A DNA stretch of 64,000 nucleotides from Eledone cirrhosa (taxonomy: Eukaryota): the NCBI GenBank assembly GCA_964016885.1, contig OZ024740.1:496001-560000 (forward strand), in the 5' to 3' direction. Every line of letters starts with the position of its first letter. Position 1 is the stretch's first letter. The translations under genes were made by a program, and so were the position numbers. This document shows, one piece after another, positions 37,812-52,529 of the stretch. Under the pieces are notes generated by a model. It was not told the DNA's origin. It searched no databases and saw only the letters and a list, made by a program, of their open reading frames with translations.

Positions 37812-40146
37812 ATCATCATCATCACCGTTTTACGTCCGTTCTTCCACGCTAGCATGGGTTAGATGAGTTGTCCTGTTGTAGGCAGTGTCTGGTCGGCTGA
37901 CCATACCTTGCTCATACAGGAACTGATTTGGCTTGATTTCTACAGCTGGATGCCCTTCCTAACACCAACCTCATTTACAGTGAGTGCTGGGTGCTTTTTC
38001 GTGGCGCCTACACGTCCACTTTACAGTGTGGGCTGGGTGCTTTTTTGCCGTGGCACCTCCACGACCACCTTGCAGTGGGAGGGTGGGGGGGGCATATTGT
38101 CTATATGCTTCAGCTTGTACCCATGGGAGGTCGGGTACTCTGTATTACTGCGTGACGCCAGAGGTCACGGTCGTGTGCCATCGCCTTTGAGAGGTGTAGT
38201 TGGGTAAGCTCGGCTTTTATCACCTCATCCCAGGTCATGTTGGGTCTCCCCACTCCGCGGCTTCCATCGACTTCTAGTGCTCTGCACCTTTTTATGCAGC
38301 TGTCATCCTTCATACGCATCACATGTCCATACCAACGCATCCGCCTCTCCTGCACACAGCATTTGATTCCTCTTATGCTCAGTCTCTCTCTCAATTCATT
38401 TATGCTTTGTCGTTCGCGTATATTACTATTACACATCCATCGGAGCATGCAGGCTTCGTTTTTTTCTAATCTACGTAAGTCTTCCACCTTCAGCGCCCAG
38501 GTCTCACTACCATGTAACATTGCGGTTCGGATACACGCATCATACAGTCTGCCTTTCATTTTGAGAGAGAAGCCTTTTGCAGCTAGCAGTGGTAGTAGTT
38601 CCCTGAACTTCTTCCATCCCGTTCTTACCCTAGTTATTGTACTTTCTGAACACCCACCTCCGCTGCTAATTCGGTCACCTAGGTAGCAGAAGCTGTCTAC
38701 TGTCGCTACTGAGCCCTCCCAGAAATTGGTGGTACTTGTTTCCTGTGAAGCCTACATTCTTAATTAAGCTTCCTGAGATCCCGCTACATCACTTGTGTAC
38801 CCATTGTTTGCATTTGGGGCAGAGAATGGAGTTCCTACCTACACCTTTCCTACATACTGAGCAAGGCCATTTCCCTGAGGGGATCTGGGTTCTGTCTTCT
38901 TGTCTACTTACAAGGACCTTAGTCTTTGTCATGTTGACTTTGAGACCCTTTCTTTCTAGTCCCTGCTTCCAAGTTTGGAATTTCTTCTCTAGTTCTACCA
39001 TAGATTCAGCTATGAGTTCCCATGGGCATCCGGTCTTAAACTCTTCCGTTATTGCCTGCAGGACTATGATGAACAGGAGAGGGCTAAGAACAGAGCCCTG
39101 GTGGACCCCAACCTGTACGCTAAATTCCTCGCTATACTCATTGCTAATCCTAACTTTGCTGACTGCTCCCCAATACATGGCTTGTACAGCTTTCACAAGC
39201 CATTCATCTACTCCTAGTTTTCTAAGAGCCCACCAGATTACAACACGTGGAACTCTGTCAAAGGCTTTCTCAAGGTTGACAAATGCCAAGTAGAGTGGCT
39301 TACTTTTAGCTAGGTACTTTTCCTGTAACTGCCTCACAAGGAAGAGGGCATCAGTTTACCTTTATAGCAGTTGACAATGATGCTACTGCACCAATCTTTT
39401 GGTATGACACCTAGTATTACCTGGTTAACAATACGTGTGGTTATAGTGTGACCTACAGACCCAGATGCCTTCAGCATCTCGGCAGCTATACCCAATGGAC
39501 CGGTGGCCTTCCCCATCTTCATATCTTTGATTGCCTTACTTACTACGCTGCTGCTGACTTATACTGCTGGCCCCTCTATAGGGTCTACTTGGGGTAGGGT
39601 CTCTTCTTCCCATGCATTCTCCTCATTTAGTAATCTATCATAATGACTCTTCCATGCATCTTTCTTCTCAGCACTTGTGAGAGCAAGCTCACCTTTATCA
39701 TTCCGGATACACTTCTCTCCAATGACATCACAATTCTCTCTGACACACTGCCTCGCAATCTTGAACACCTCCTGTTTCTTGTCCTCACGTTGCAAAACAT
39801 GCTTGAATTTTCTATCCTCTGCTTCCCTCCTAGCTAAGTATACTTGTCGCCTAGCTTCCCTCTTGGTCTCTATGCAATGTACCCTGCTCCCCCCATTCTT
39901 CCATTCTTTCCATGCCTGTCTCTTGGCATTAACTGCCTCATCTACCTTATTGTTCCACCACCAAGTCACTCTCCTCCTGCTTGTGGTCTTACTCTTATTT
40001 TTTAGGAACTCCCAGTGCTCTTCTACATTTAATGTCTCTATCTGTTCTTTACTGTCGTAGGCGTTGAGTAAAATATCTTTAAATCTGTTACTGGTTGAGG
40101 GGTCTTTCAGCTTCCAGATCTTTCTTGTCCAGGTTGGCCTCTGTTT
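37812..40146 (-). mobile_element. RTE-B LINE, 5'-truncated, disabled by deletions
   Basis: ORF pieces 39559-39969, 39334-39522, 38789-39337, 38110-38559; YADD deleted; RTE-B 3'UTR. Confidence 0.92.
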
Positions 40147-40338
40147 CCATATATATATGTATGTATGTATGTATATATATGTATGTATGTATATGTATAT
40201 ATACTATATACATATATATATGTATATGTATATATACTATATACATATATATATGTATATATATATATATATATATACATATATATACATACATACATAT
40301 ATATATGTATATATATATATATATATATATACATATAT

Positions 40339-40411
<73 letters not shown>

Positions 40412-40728
40412 CCGTGTAGGCAACACGGTAAAAACCTCCCAGCCCCACACTGTAAATGTGGTTGGTGTTAGGAAGGGCATCCAGCTGTAGAAAACCCGCC
40501 AGACAGTCCACGCTGTAATGTGGCCGTGTAGGCAACACGGTAAAAACCTCCCAGCCCCACACTGTAAATGTGGTTGGTGTTAGGAAGGGCATCCAACTGT
40601 AGAAAACCCGCCAGACAGTCCTATGCGAGCAAGACAACCACTCTTGCCTCAAGTGGGAAAACCCCCGTCCAAACCCATGCAAGCGTGGAACACGGACGCT
40701 AAACCTGATGATGATGATGATGATGATG

Positions 40729-40778
<50 letters not shown>

Positions 40779-40890
40779 ATACATATATATACATATATAT
40801 ACTTACATATATATATATACATATATATATATACATATATATACTTATATATATACATATATATATATACATATATACATACATATATAT
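40147..40890. repeat. (TA)n/TACA arrays containing an RTE-A 3'UTR fragment (40411-40730, plus) with an internal ~110-bp duplication
   Basis: CCGTGTAGGCAACACGG...AGACAGTCC occurs twice; (GAT)n tail. Confidence 0.88.
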
Positions 40891-40947
40891 GATTCCAGTT
40901 CCTCAATGAAATAACAACCCGACCAGGAACTGGGCATATCAGAGTAT

Positions 40948-42147
40948 ATGGTGGTGGAATAGTAAGGTGGAGGAGTCAATTAGGGCCAAAAAGCAGGCTT
41001 GGAAAGTATGGCGGAATGGAGGAAGTAGAGAAGACTATCAAGTGGCCAGGAGGGAAGCTAGGAGACAAGTGTACTTCGCAAGAAGGGAAGCAGAGGAAAG
41101 AAAGTTTAAGCATTTTCTACAACGCGAGGACCAAAAACGTGAGGTATTCAGGATTGCTAAGCAATGTGTCAAGGAATACCGTGATATTGTCGGGGAGAAG
41201 TGTGTCCTTAATGATGATAGAGTACTTGCCATCACAGACGCTGATAAAAGGTAGCTTGGAAGTGTCACTACGAAAGGCTACTAAATGAGGAGAATAAATG
41301 GGAGAAAGACAGTCTCCCCCACATCGACCCAATAGAGGGACCAGCAGTGTTAGTCGAAGGTGGTATAATAAGTAAGGCAATCAAAGATATGAAGGCGGCT
41401 GGACCTTTGGAAATAGTTGCTGAAATGCTGAAAGCTTCTGGAACGGTGGGACACATCATGGTCACCCGGATAGTAAACCAAGTCATACAGAATGGGGTTG
41501 TTCCGAAGGACTGGCGTAGCAGCATCATCATTAACTGCTACAAGGGTAAAGGAGATGCCCTAGATAGGAGTAACTATAGAGGCATTAAATTAATCGACCA
41601 GGTCATGAAGGTCACAGAAAAAGTAATAGCGCAACTAATCAGAGAGAGAATTGATCTAGATGAAATGCAGTTCGGGTTTGTGTCAGGCAAAGTACCACAG
41701 ACGCTCTTTTCATTGTACGACAACTACAGGAGAAGTACCTAGCTAAAAGTAAACCCCTATACTTAGCTTTTGTCGACTTGGAGAAAGCCTTCGACAGAGT
41801 CCCCCGTTCCATATCTGGTGGGCTCTTAAAAAACTAGGTGTTGATGAATGGCTTGTGAGAGCTATACAAGCCATGTATAAAGAAACAGTCAGCAAGGTTA
41901 GAATTAACAACGAATATAGTGAATAGTTTAGCGTAAAAGTTGGTGTCCATCAGGGCTCTGTTCTTAGCCCCCTACTATTTATTATTGCCCTTGAGGCTAT
42001 AACAGAGGAGTTCAAGACCGGTTGCCCATGGGAACTCCTATACGCAGATGATCTAACGCTCATAGCTGAATCAATGGCCGAACTAGAGAAGAAATTCCAA
42101 ACATGGAAGCATGGCCTTGAATCAAAAGGCCTTAAAATTAACCTGTC
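40948..42147 (+). mobile_element. RTE-A internal fragment (RT), disabled
   Basis: Homologous to 18320-19530; YADD region at ~42041; breaks off at AACCTGTCTA. Confidence 0.9.
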
Positions 42148-42314
42148 TATTTTTATTTTATCCTTTATACTCTTCCCTTCATTCTTCTACAAATCTTACA
42201 CATCTTATACACACCACGCATCTCAACGTACACCCACTTACATCTCTCTCTCCACCACCGGATCTTGTTACCCGGAGATTTACCCATTTGCATTGTCGAG
42301 GCTTCCAAACGATT

Positions 42315-44511
42315 TAAAGATATTTACATATATATTCTTAAACAAGATCGAAGAAATATGTGCAAAAAATATTCCTCTTAAGAAAACCAAATCCACAAAA
42401 AAATCTGTACCACGTGAGCGAAAGATCCTGATGCGCAAAAGGTCAAGACTAAGAAACAAAACATCTAAGCTGACATCAAAACATGAACTACAGAAAGTCC
42501 TTGACCAAATATACAGATTAGAAGACAATCTAAAACAACACTATGATGAAGAACGTAACAATGCAGAAAAGAGAGCCATAGAAAACATCAAGAAAAATCC
42601 AAAATGTTTCTACAGTTTTGCAAAGAAATACTCGAATACCAAGTCAACAATAGGACCTCACCAGAGACAAAATGGGGATGTAGTGAATAACCCTATTGAA
42701 ATGGCAGAAATGTTGGGTCAACAGTATGAAAGTGTCTTCAGTGAGCCATCTAAAACCATGAAGATCCATGACCCAGGAGAATTCTTCAAGGATATCGACC
42801 ATACTAAACCTACCCTATCCGACATTGATTTCAACCCAGAAGACATAGAAAGAGCCATAGACAAGCTCTCCATGCACTCGGCTGCGGGGCCTGATGGTTT
42901 CAATGCCATGATACTTAAAAACTGCAAGGTACAATTGTTGAAACCCTTTACATGATATGGAAGGAATCTATGGAGAATGGCAAAATACCAAATACATATA
43001 AAGAAGCACACATAACTCCAATACATAAAGGGGACAGCAAATCAAAACCAAAGAACTACCGACCAATCTCACTGACATCACACATTATCAAGGTCTTCGA
43101 AAGAATAGTTCGTGCAAAACTGGTTGAGTTCCTGGAATCCAACAATCTGATGAATTGCAACCAGCATGGATTCAGGTTAGGTAGATTATGTCTTTCCCAA
43201 CTACTGGCACACCATGACCAAATCCTAGAAAATCTAGAGAATGGATACAACACAGATGTTATTTACCTCGACTTTGCCAAGGCATTTGACAAGGTAGATC
43301 ATGGCATCCTGGGACACAAACTTCGAAAGCTAGGAGTAGGAGGAAAAGTTGGTACATGGATACATGAGTTCCTTACAAATAGAACTCAAACAGTCACTGT
43401 GAATGGAACCCATTCAACACCATCACCTGTGACCAGCAGTGTTCCTCAGGGTACAGTACTCGGCCCGATCCTGTTTCTCATCCTCATCTCTGACATAGAT
43501 GAAGATACAACCAGCAACGTCTCATCCTTTGCTGATGACACCAGGGTCATGAGACAAATCAAAGACGAGGTGGATACAGAGGCCTTACAAAAGGACCTGA
43601 CCACCATATACAAATGGCAGGAAACAAACAACATGTTGTTCAATGATAAGAAGTTTGAACTAATTCGCTACGGAACAGATCAAGATCTGAAAAATACAAC
43701 AAACTACAGAAACCCATCAGGACAACAAATAATGGAAAAACAGTGTGTGAAAGATTTAGGCATCCACATGGGAACCAGCCTAAAATTCAGAGAACACCTT
43801 GACTCAGTCTGTCTTACTGCAAGAAAGTACAGCGGGTGGATCTTGCGCACCTTCAAATCAAGAGATACCTCAACAATGAAAACCCTCTGGAACAGTATGG
43901 TACTTCCGAGGATTGACTACTGTTCTCAGTTGTGGTCACCAACAACAAAGGGCCAACTATCTAAGATGGAATCGCTCCAAAGAAATTTTACCTCATACTT
44001 CTCAGAAACGAGGGACCTGGACTATTGGCAAAGACTCAAAACCTTGAAGATATACTCAATAGAAAGAAGATTTGAGCGATACCGAATTATATACATTTGG
44101 AAAATGATAGAGCAAAAGGTGCCAAACTTTGGTATCAAAACCTACCACTCACTGCGCCACGGAAGACGCTGCCAGCTACCACCAATCAACAAAAAGGCTG
44201 GCCAGGCAGCAAAAACCCTGCGAGAATCAAGTCTGTTGGTTCGAGGGGCACAACTATTCAACTCCATTCCGGTACATGTCAGAAATCTATCAGGATGCAG
44301 TGTGGAATCATTCAAATTGCAGCTGGATAGATACTTAAGCACCATTAGAGATGAACCCCATCTCCCAGGATATACACAACGAGCACAAACTGACTCAAAC
44401 TCGCTCCTACATATGTCAAAATTAAACAGAGAATACAACCTGGCAACCACACCAGACTCTGAGGGTGGAGTCTTCGACTTGGCCTGAGCATGGACTCAAA
44501 CTCAAATGAAA

Positions 44512-44514
<3 letters not shown>
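42315..44514 (+). mobile_element. CR1-like LINE, 5'-truncated ORF2 (RT), one frameshift at ~42950
   Basis: IKKNPKCFYSF, SAAGPDG, NYRPISLTS, NQHGFR, YLDFAKAFD, VPQGTVLGP, FADD, KDLG, DYCSQLWSP; short (AATGA) tail followed by (TA)n. Confidence 0.92.
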
Positions 44515-44564
<50 letters not shown>

Positions 44565-44607
44565 TATAATATATAAGATCAAAAGATGGTTAAAGGAGTT
44601 CCATGTA

Positions 44608-44674
44608 TTTTATTATGCGCATTTCAAAAACAAACATCATCATGCAATAATATTTGTGTTTTCATCAGATAAAA
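44608..44674 (-). ncRNA. Type I hammerhead ribozyme with long stem II and TGCGCA palindromic stem III
   Basis: Minus strand TTTTAT-CTGATGA-AAACACAAATATTATTGCATGATGATGTTTGTTTTT-GAAA-TGCGCA-TA-ATAAAA. Confidence 0.72.
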
Positions 44675-44819
44675 CAGGAGGACATGATATGAAGGCTAAA
44701 AAACACTTGTGGATAGTGCAGTTTTAAATCAACATATGAGAAGTAATTTTAGATTGATGTGTGATATTGGGAAAAATATTTTATTTAGAGAGGGGGGGGT
44801 GGAAAGGATGAAAAAAAGG

Positions 44820-46226
44820 GTTTCCATCAACTTCTAGTGCTCTGCACCTTTTTATGCAGCTGTCATCCTTCATACGCATCACATGTCCATACCAGCGCAA
44901 CCGCCTCTCCTGCACACAGCATTTGATTCCTCTTATGCTCAGTCTCTCTCTCAATTCATTTATGCTTTGTCGTTCACGTATATTACTGTTACACATCCAT
45001 CGGAGCATGCAGGCTTCGTTTCTCTCTAATCTACGTAAGTCTTCCACCTTCAGCGCCCAGGTCTCACTACCATGCAACATCGCTGTTCGGATACATGCAT
45101 CATACAGTCTGCCTTTCATTCTGAGGGAGAAGCCTTTTGCAGCTAGCAGTGGTAGTAGTTCCCTAAACTTCTTCCATCCCGTTCTTACCCTAGTTATTGT
45201 ACTTTCTGAACACCCACCTCCGTTGCTAATTCGGTCACCTAGGTAGCAGAATCTGTCTACTGTTTCTACAGGGCCCTCCCAGAGATTGGTGGTACTTGTT
45301 TCCTGTGGCTGTTTGCTGCTTGCTGTTCAGCACAGCTGCTGCATGTGAATCCTACATTCTTAATTAAGCTTCCTGAGATCCCGCTACATCTCTTGTGTAC
45401 CCATTGTTTGCATTTGGGGCAGAGAATGGAGTTCCTACCTACACCTTTCCTACATACTGAGCAAGGCCATTTCCCTGAGGGGATCTGGGTTCTGTTTTCT
45501 CGTCTACTTACAAGGACCTTAGTCTTTGTCATGTTGACTTTCAGACCCTTTCTTTCTAGTCCCTGCTTCTAGGTTTGGAATTTCTTCTCTAGTTCTACCA
45601 TAGATTCAGCTATGAGTGCGAGGTCATCAGCATACAGGAGTTCCCATGGGCATCTGGTCTTAAACTCCTCCGTTATTGCCTGCAGTACTATGATGAACAG
45701 GAGAGGGCTAAGAACAGAGCCCTGGTGGACCCCAACCTGTACGCTAAATTCCTCGCTATACTCATTGCTAATCCTAACTTTGCTGACTGCTCCCCTATAC
45801 ATGGCTTGTACCGCTTTCACAATCCATTCATCTACTCCTAGTTTTCTAAGAGCCCACCAGATTACAACACGTGGAACTCTGTCAAAGGCTTTCTCAAGGT
45901 CGACAAATGCCAAGTAGAGTGGCTTACTTTTAGCTAGGTACTTTTCCTGTAACTGCCTCACAAGGAAGAGGGCATCAGTGGTGCCTCTTCCTGGTACAAA
46001 CCCAAATTGCATCTCGTCTATTTTCACCCGGTCTTTAATCAGCTGTGCTATAACTCTTTCTGTTACTTTCATGACCTGGTCCATCAACTTTATACCTCTA
46101 TAGTTTCCTTTATCTAGTGCATCGCCTTTACCTTTGTAGCAGTTGACAATGATGCTACTGCACCAATCTTTTGGTATGGCCCCTTCTAGTATTACCTGGT
46201 TAACGATACGTGTGGTTATAGTGTGA
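44820..46226 (-). mobile_element. RTE-B internal fragment (RT + PHD-like finger)
   Basis: ORFs 45569-46087, 45266-45532, 44781-45119; lacks the 3'UTR. Confidence 0.92.
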
Positions 46227-46280
46227 CAGTATATATATATATATATATACAGTATATATATATATATATATATATATACA

Positions 46281-46328
<48 letters not shown>

Positions 46329-46402
46329 TATATATATATATATATATATATACAGTATATATATATATATATATATATACAGTATATATATATATATATA
46401 CA

Positions 46403-46442
<40 letters not shown>

Positions 46443-46504
46443 TATATATATATATATATATATATACAGTATATATATATACAGTATATATATACAGTAT
46501 ATAT
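46227..46504. repeat. (TA)n array punctuated by CAG (TACAGTA)
   Basis: Directly visible. Confidence 0.95.
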
Positions 46505-46634
46505 GGAAAGTTATATTTAAATTGTTGGGTTAACAACGAGTAAATATTTATAACTGATATAAAAGCACTCAACAAGTATTTGGAGTATATTTATGATATT
46601 AAATAAATGGAAACTATATTTATAAAACCATATT

Positions 46635-46700
46635 TATTTCATTATATATATTTCAGGGATATCATATTAACAATATGTTATGCCTTCTTCAGACAAAATA
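46635..46700 (-). ncRNA. Type I hammerhead ribozyme, long-stem-II family
   Basis: Minus strand TATTTTGT-CTGAAGA-AGGCATAACATATTGTTAATATGATATCCCT-GAAA-TATATA-TA-ATGAAATA. Confidence 0.78.
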
Positions 46701-47933
46701 CAATATAAACAGTCTTATAAATAAATAGATACGACATACCTTTCAATCGACTTGCATTTGGGAGGTTGATTTGGCAGTAAAAAATATTGTGGACAGTTGT
46801 AAAAAGAAAGAGAGAAAGAAAGAAAGGAAGAAAAACGAAGAAAAAGAAAAAGAAGAAATGCATGTGACTAAATAGAGAGATATAGAAAGATAGATAAAGA
46901 GAAGAACTTCATGTAAAGAAACAGAGAGGGATATATAGAGAGAGGAAAAAAGAAAGAGATATAGATAGAGATAGATAGAGAAACTAGGTAGTTGAGTATC
47001 AATTGATACATTTATTTATTTATTTATTTATTTAGCTCTAGTATTAATGTAAAGAGAGATGTATGTAGTTAAGAGAGAAAATAGACGTTATATAGAGAGA
47101 AAAAAAGAGAAAATGAAAAATAACCAGACATAAACGAGGCAGAATTTAAAAAACGCTATGTATCATCATGTAGAAATATAAAACAGGCATTATAATGTAA
47201 ATATCAGTATTCATGAATGAGACATGTATCTATAATGTGTGAAAAGTAATGATCTTATGTCTAGTTTTTAAAAATTCATGTTTATATCATAATTATAAAC
47301 AAACTCCCAATTCACACGAAAACATTCTCATTGTGCTATAAAAATTCAAGTATACATATATGTGTGTATATATACACATATATATAGAGTCTATATTAAT
47401 TTTAACAATACTATTCTTGTCTTTACTCTACATGATTGTCGATCAAGCAGAAATAGAGAACAGATTTCAATATATTAATAAAAATAAAAATAAAAATAAA
47501 TATAAATAAAAATATCAGAGACAAGAAAATAAATAAATAAACAGAAAACTAAAACATTTAATATTAAAAATAAAAATATTACAAAATATTAAAAAATAAT
47601 AAAAATAAAACATAGTATGCCACGCAAATCGGCCACAAAGATCAGCCTTTCAAAGTTAATTGACAATATATTGCCAAGTTCATCATAAGCATCAGAGTCG
47701 AAACAGATAAAACAAAATTTGTTTAGGATACCCATTTGGTCTACATATGTTCTTATATTTAATATAGAAGTTTATCTAGTGTAAAATTTAATTCGATATA
47801 TATGGAGCATCAGCTTTTAGGGTAGTTTAATTATTTATGAAGAATGTTTTAATAAAAAGAAGAAATCGAAAGATTTATCGGCTAGTTTCATAAATAATTA
47901 CAAATCTATTTATTTATAAGACTGTTTATATTG

Positions 47934-47999
47934 TATTTTGTCTGAAGAAGGCATAACATATTGTTAATATGATATCCCTGAAATATATATAATGAAATA
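47934..47999 (+). ncRNA. Type I hammerhead ribozyme, inverted copy of 46635-46700
   Basis: Same sequence on the plus strand, inside a ~140-bp inverted repeat (46593-46730 vs 47904-48042). Confidence 0.78.
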
Positions 48000-48046
48000 A
48001 ATATGGTTTTATAAATATAGTTTCCATTTATTTAATATCATATACA

Positions 48047-48095
<49 letters not shown>

Positions 48096-48104
48096 TATAT
48101 ATAT

Positions 48105-48860
48105 CATCATCATCAACGTTTAACGTCCGTGTTCCACGCTTGCATGGGTTTGGACGGGGGTATTCCCACTTGAGGCAAGAGTGATTGTCTTGCTCGCATA
48201 GGACTGTCTGGCAGGTTTTCTACAGTTGGATGCCCTTCCTAACACCAACCACATTTACAGTGTGGGTCTGGGAGGTTTTTACCGTGTTGCCTACACGGCC
48301 ACATTACAGTGTGGACTGTGTGTTTTTTTGTCGTGACACCTACACGATCTCATTTGTTTCGGCCTGGATGGTGTGGCACCAACATAACTTTACATAGAAC
48401 GGGATGGGGTGGGGGGGTATTTTGTTAGAGATGCCTACTGGCTGTAGTAGGTTTTACTATGTATTTAGGTAAGGCGGGTCTTCTCTGTTACTGAGTACCG
48501 CCAAAGGTCTCGGTCCAGTGACATTGTCTTGGAGAGGTGTAAGTGTGTGAGGTCGGAGTTTATCAGCTCGTCCCAGGTTTTTCTAGGTCTGCCTATTCCG
48601 TAACTACCGTCTATCTTTATTGCCCTGCACTTTGTTATACAGCTATCGACTTTCATGCGCATCACGTGTCCATACCAACGTAGCCTTCTCTCGAGTAAAC
48701 AACATCTGATCCCTCTTATTTCTAATGTTTTCCTTAGTTTGTTTATGCTTTGCCGTTCACGGATATTACTGTTACACATCCAGCGGAGCAATGCAAGCTT
48801 CGTTCCTCTCTAGTCTGCGTATATCCTCTGCACACAATGCCCAGGTCTCACTGCCATGCA
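48105..48860 (-). mobile_element. RTE-A 3' fragment
   Basis: ORF 48465-48791; 3'UTR; flanked by TA arrays. Confidence 0.9.
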
Positions 48861-48900
<40 letters not shown>

Positions 48901-48922
48901 TATATATATATATATATACAGT

Positions 48923-49011
<89 letters not shown>

Positions 49012-49070
49012 TATATATATACAGTATATATATACAGTATATATATATATATATACAGTATATATATACA

Positions 49071-49151
<81 letters not shown>

Positions 49152-49163
49152 TATATATATACA

Positions 49164-49244
<81 letters not shown>

Positions 49245-49262
49245 TATATATATATATATATA
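48861..49262. repeat. (TA)n/TACAGTA array
   Basis: Directly visible. Confidence 0.95.
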
Positions 49263-49813
49263 TGGTGGCTGCCAACTCGTTTTCGAGTATGGCCACTACT
49301 TTATATCCATGTAGGAGAACCCCTACCAATGCGCTGAACGAATGTGACTTTTTAGTCCAACCAGCGACTTGAAAACTCTGGTACAAACACTACACCTGTG
49401 ACAATTACTGACACATAGTGCTGGGCCCATGGTACCATGTGATGACAAGTGCAGAGAGATCTCCAGATATAAAGCAATGCCTGTGCCGTGAAGCTTTTAT
49501 AGTGAGCAAAGGCACTGCACAAAGCCAGTCCCACTCTCTTAACCAAGATGATATTTACCAAAAAGAAGAACAAGTCAACATCATTGGATACCATCAGGGT
49601 TGCAGGTGTTATATCAGAGTTTTCCTTCTCCTAGAATTCTGCCTTGACAAAGGCTAAGGGGTCATCTCTCCCGGTGATTTTGGAAGGCCATTGACTCTTA
49701 AGAGCTCCTTTGCCCTTTGACAGGTTTTGTTTTTAGTCCTGCAGGATGTCCAAAGTCACCCTCCTCACCAAGAAACCTTGGTGGGGTTGCCAGTTTAGTC
49801 GCCAACGACCCGA

Positions 49814-49816
<3 letters not shown>
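49263..49816 (-). mobile_element. Bipartite non-autonomous RTE-like element (5'UTR-like part + C2H2 finger/3' tail)
   Basis: Minus strand: CTAGGAGAAGGAAAACTCTGA (RTE 5'UTR-like, from memory), [24 protein letters not shown], terminal hairpin CTCGAAAACGAG; embedded in a TA array. Confidence 0.6.
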
Positions 49817-50312
<496 letters not shown>

Positions 50313-50987
50313 TCTGTAATGTGTGTGTATATGTAACACTTCGGCATGGTTTCCATCCTTCCTATAAATTTCTTTGGCCCTGAGAAGATTCCGGGATACT
50401 GCCCTTCCCTCTAAATAGTAAAAATATAAACAATATTATAATGAAAGGTCTTAAGTTAAATCTGAACCCATCAAAATAGGAAGTGTTGTATATTATATAC
50501 TACAAAACAGCTTAACAAATACTACCATTAGGTTTTTTTGTTTTGTTTCTTTTTTTTTTTTCTTCATGAATGTAGTATAAACTGGAATTCTATATTTTTA
50601 GAGATGTTTCTGATAATGTTTGAATTTAACATAGGGTGGTGGAAGAGTAATGGTAGAAGCGAGAACCAGATTAAATTCCTCACCGTGTTAAGTTACACTC
50701 CTTTGCATATTCTTAGTATAAATCTTGTTGAGGTTAACTTTGACTTTTAGCTTTCCAGGATTGATGAAATAAAGGGCCAATCAAATACCAGGGTCAATTT
50801 AATCAATTCATAATAGTTGTTGTCCTTAATATATGTGGGCATGGACCAATGTTGAAAATCAATATTTTAACATGTCTAAACCTCACCTCTGTGATTTCAA
50901 GAGACTGAATGAACCTCATGAATGAGGTGATAGAAAAACCACCTTCATGCTCATACATAGCTGGTAAATGATACAGGCCAAATGTGG

Positions 50988-51420
50988 AATGTAGGCCCTC
51001 AAAACTGGCAATAGAACCAAGACATGTAAAATGTAGGCCCCCAAAACTGGCAATAGAAGCAAGACATGTAAAATGTAAGCCCTCAAAACTGGCAATAGAA
51101 CCAAGACATGTAAAATGGAAGCCCCCAAAACTGGCAATAGAACCAAGACATGTAAAATGTAGGCCCCCAAAACTGGCAAAAGAACCAAGACATGTAAAAT
51201 GTAAGCCCCCAAAACTGGCAATAGAACCAAGACATGTAAAATGTAAGCCCCCAAAACTGGCAATAGAACCAAGACATGTAAAATGTAGGCCCCCAAAACT
51301 GGCAATAGAACCAAGACATGTAAAATGTAGGCCCTCAAAACTGGCAATAGAACCAAGACATGTAAAATGTAGGCCCCCAAAACTGGCAATAGAACCAAGA
51401 CAGATGTAAAATGTAGGCCT
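50988..51420. repeat. 42-bp minisatellite, ~10 copies
   Basis: Unit AATGTAGGCCCCCAAAACTGGCAATAGAACCAAGACATGTAA. Confidence 0.95.
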
Positions 51421-51749
51421 CATTTCAAACTACTCATTAAGTATTTTAGTAATCAGTAACCACAGGTCCGAGAAATGTACCAAATTGTTGACAGGTGTGA
51501 ATAAGACCATCAAAACAATGCAGTATTAGTGTACATATCTATATGTTATATACACGATGTACATACAAGTTACAAAACAGAATAAAAGAACTAGAGCTTG
51601 ATAGGAGACTGTCTAAACTTGCAGACCCATGCTAACATTTTCTCATCTGGTCTAACTGTAACAAGTGTTAAGAGACACTGATAGAGGATACCCAGCCAAC
51701 ATAGTCAAAAATATAAAAACACCCATTAAAATGATGTTGATAACCCCCA

Positions 51750-51754
51750 TCTCC

Positions 51755-51831
<77 letters not shown>
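51750..51831. repeat. (CT)n microsatellite
   Basis: Directly visible. Confidence 0.95.
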
Positions 51832-52529
51832 ACACATTTACTCCTTGTGGTTTCATTTCTTCCCTGTCTCTTTTTCCATTTATAAATGTGTGTTTATATG
51901 TATGAGCTTGTGTGTCTGTGTGTGTTTTACACACAACCTCACCTCTATAGTGACTTCTAACAAAGCCAATGTGTCCCATCCCTACCTTTGCCACTAGTTT
52001 CTAGCCTCATTAATGTTTATTAATTCATACACCATTGGATGGAAGAAGCAGGGATCAGTTATAAAACCAATGTTGTTGTCAAGACTTCTAAATTAGAATG
52101 TCCCTTCAATATGTTGTAGGAAATTGAGATACAAGTGAAGACCCAGTTTTAGCAACTTATGAAATATTTCCAATTTCACACCCAAAGCTTCATTTCCGGT
52201 TCAAACCCCTTACCAATGTAACAGCTAGTATCAAGATAATTAAATGGTCCCTGAAAAAAAAGGGGAAGGATTATTTAAAATGACACCTAAGTAATCAACT
52301 GTAATGTTTAAAATCAAATCTAATAAGATTTCTTCTCTTTTACTTCTTTCTATTTAATTCATACAAGTGTGTGTTATGTACATATTTATTCTTTTAACAC
52401 CATTGATGTAGCCTTGTTTCAATACAGTGATAAAAACTCCACTTCCTTAAAACTGCCATCTATCATATATATCATCATTATCATCGTTTAATGGCTATCT
52501 TCCAAGCTAGCATGGGTTATATATATATA

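Noticed and set aside
42074-42955. 293-aa ORF as a genuine fusion gene
   Set aside because: Chance in-frame join of an RTE-A fragment, a 170-bp spacer and a CR1 fragment.
50803-51423. Repeat-protein ORFs on both strands
   Set aside because: In-frame 42-bp tandem repeat; no splice or homology support.
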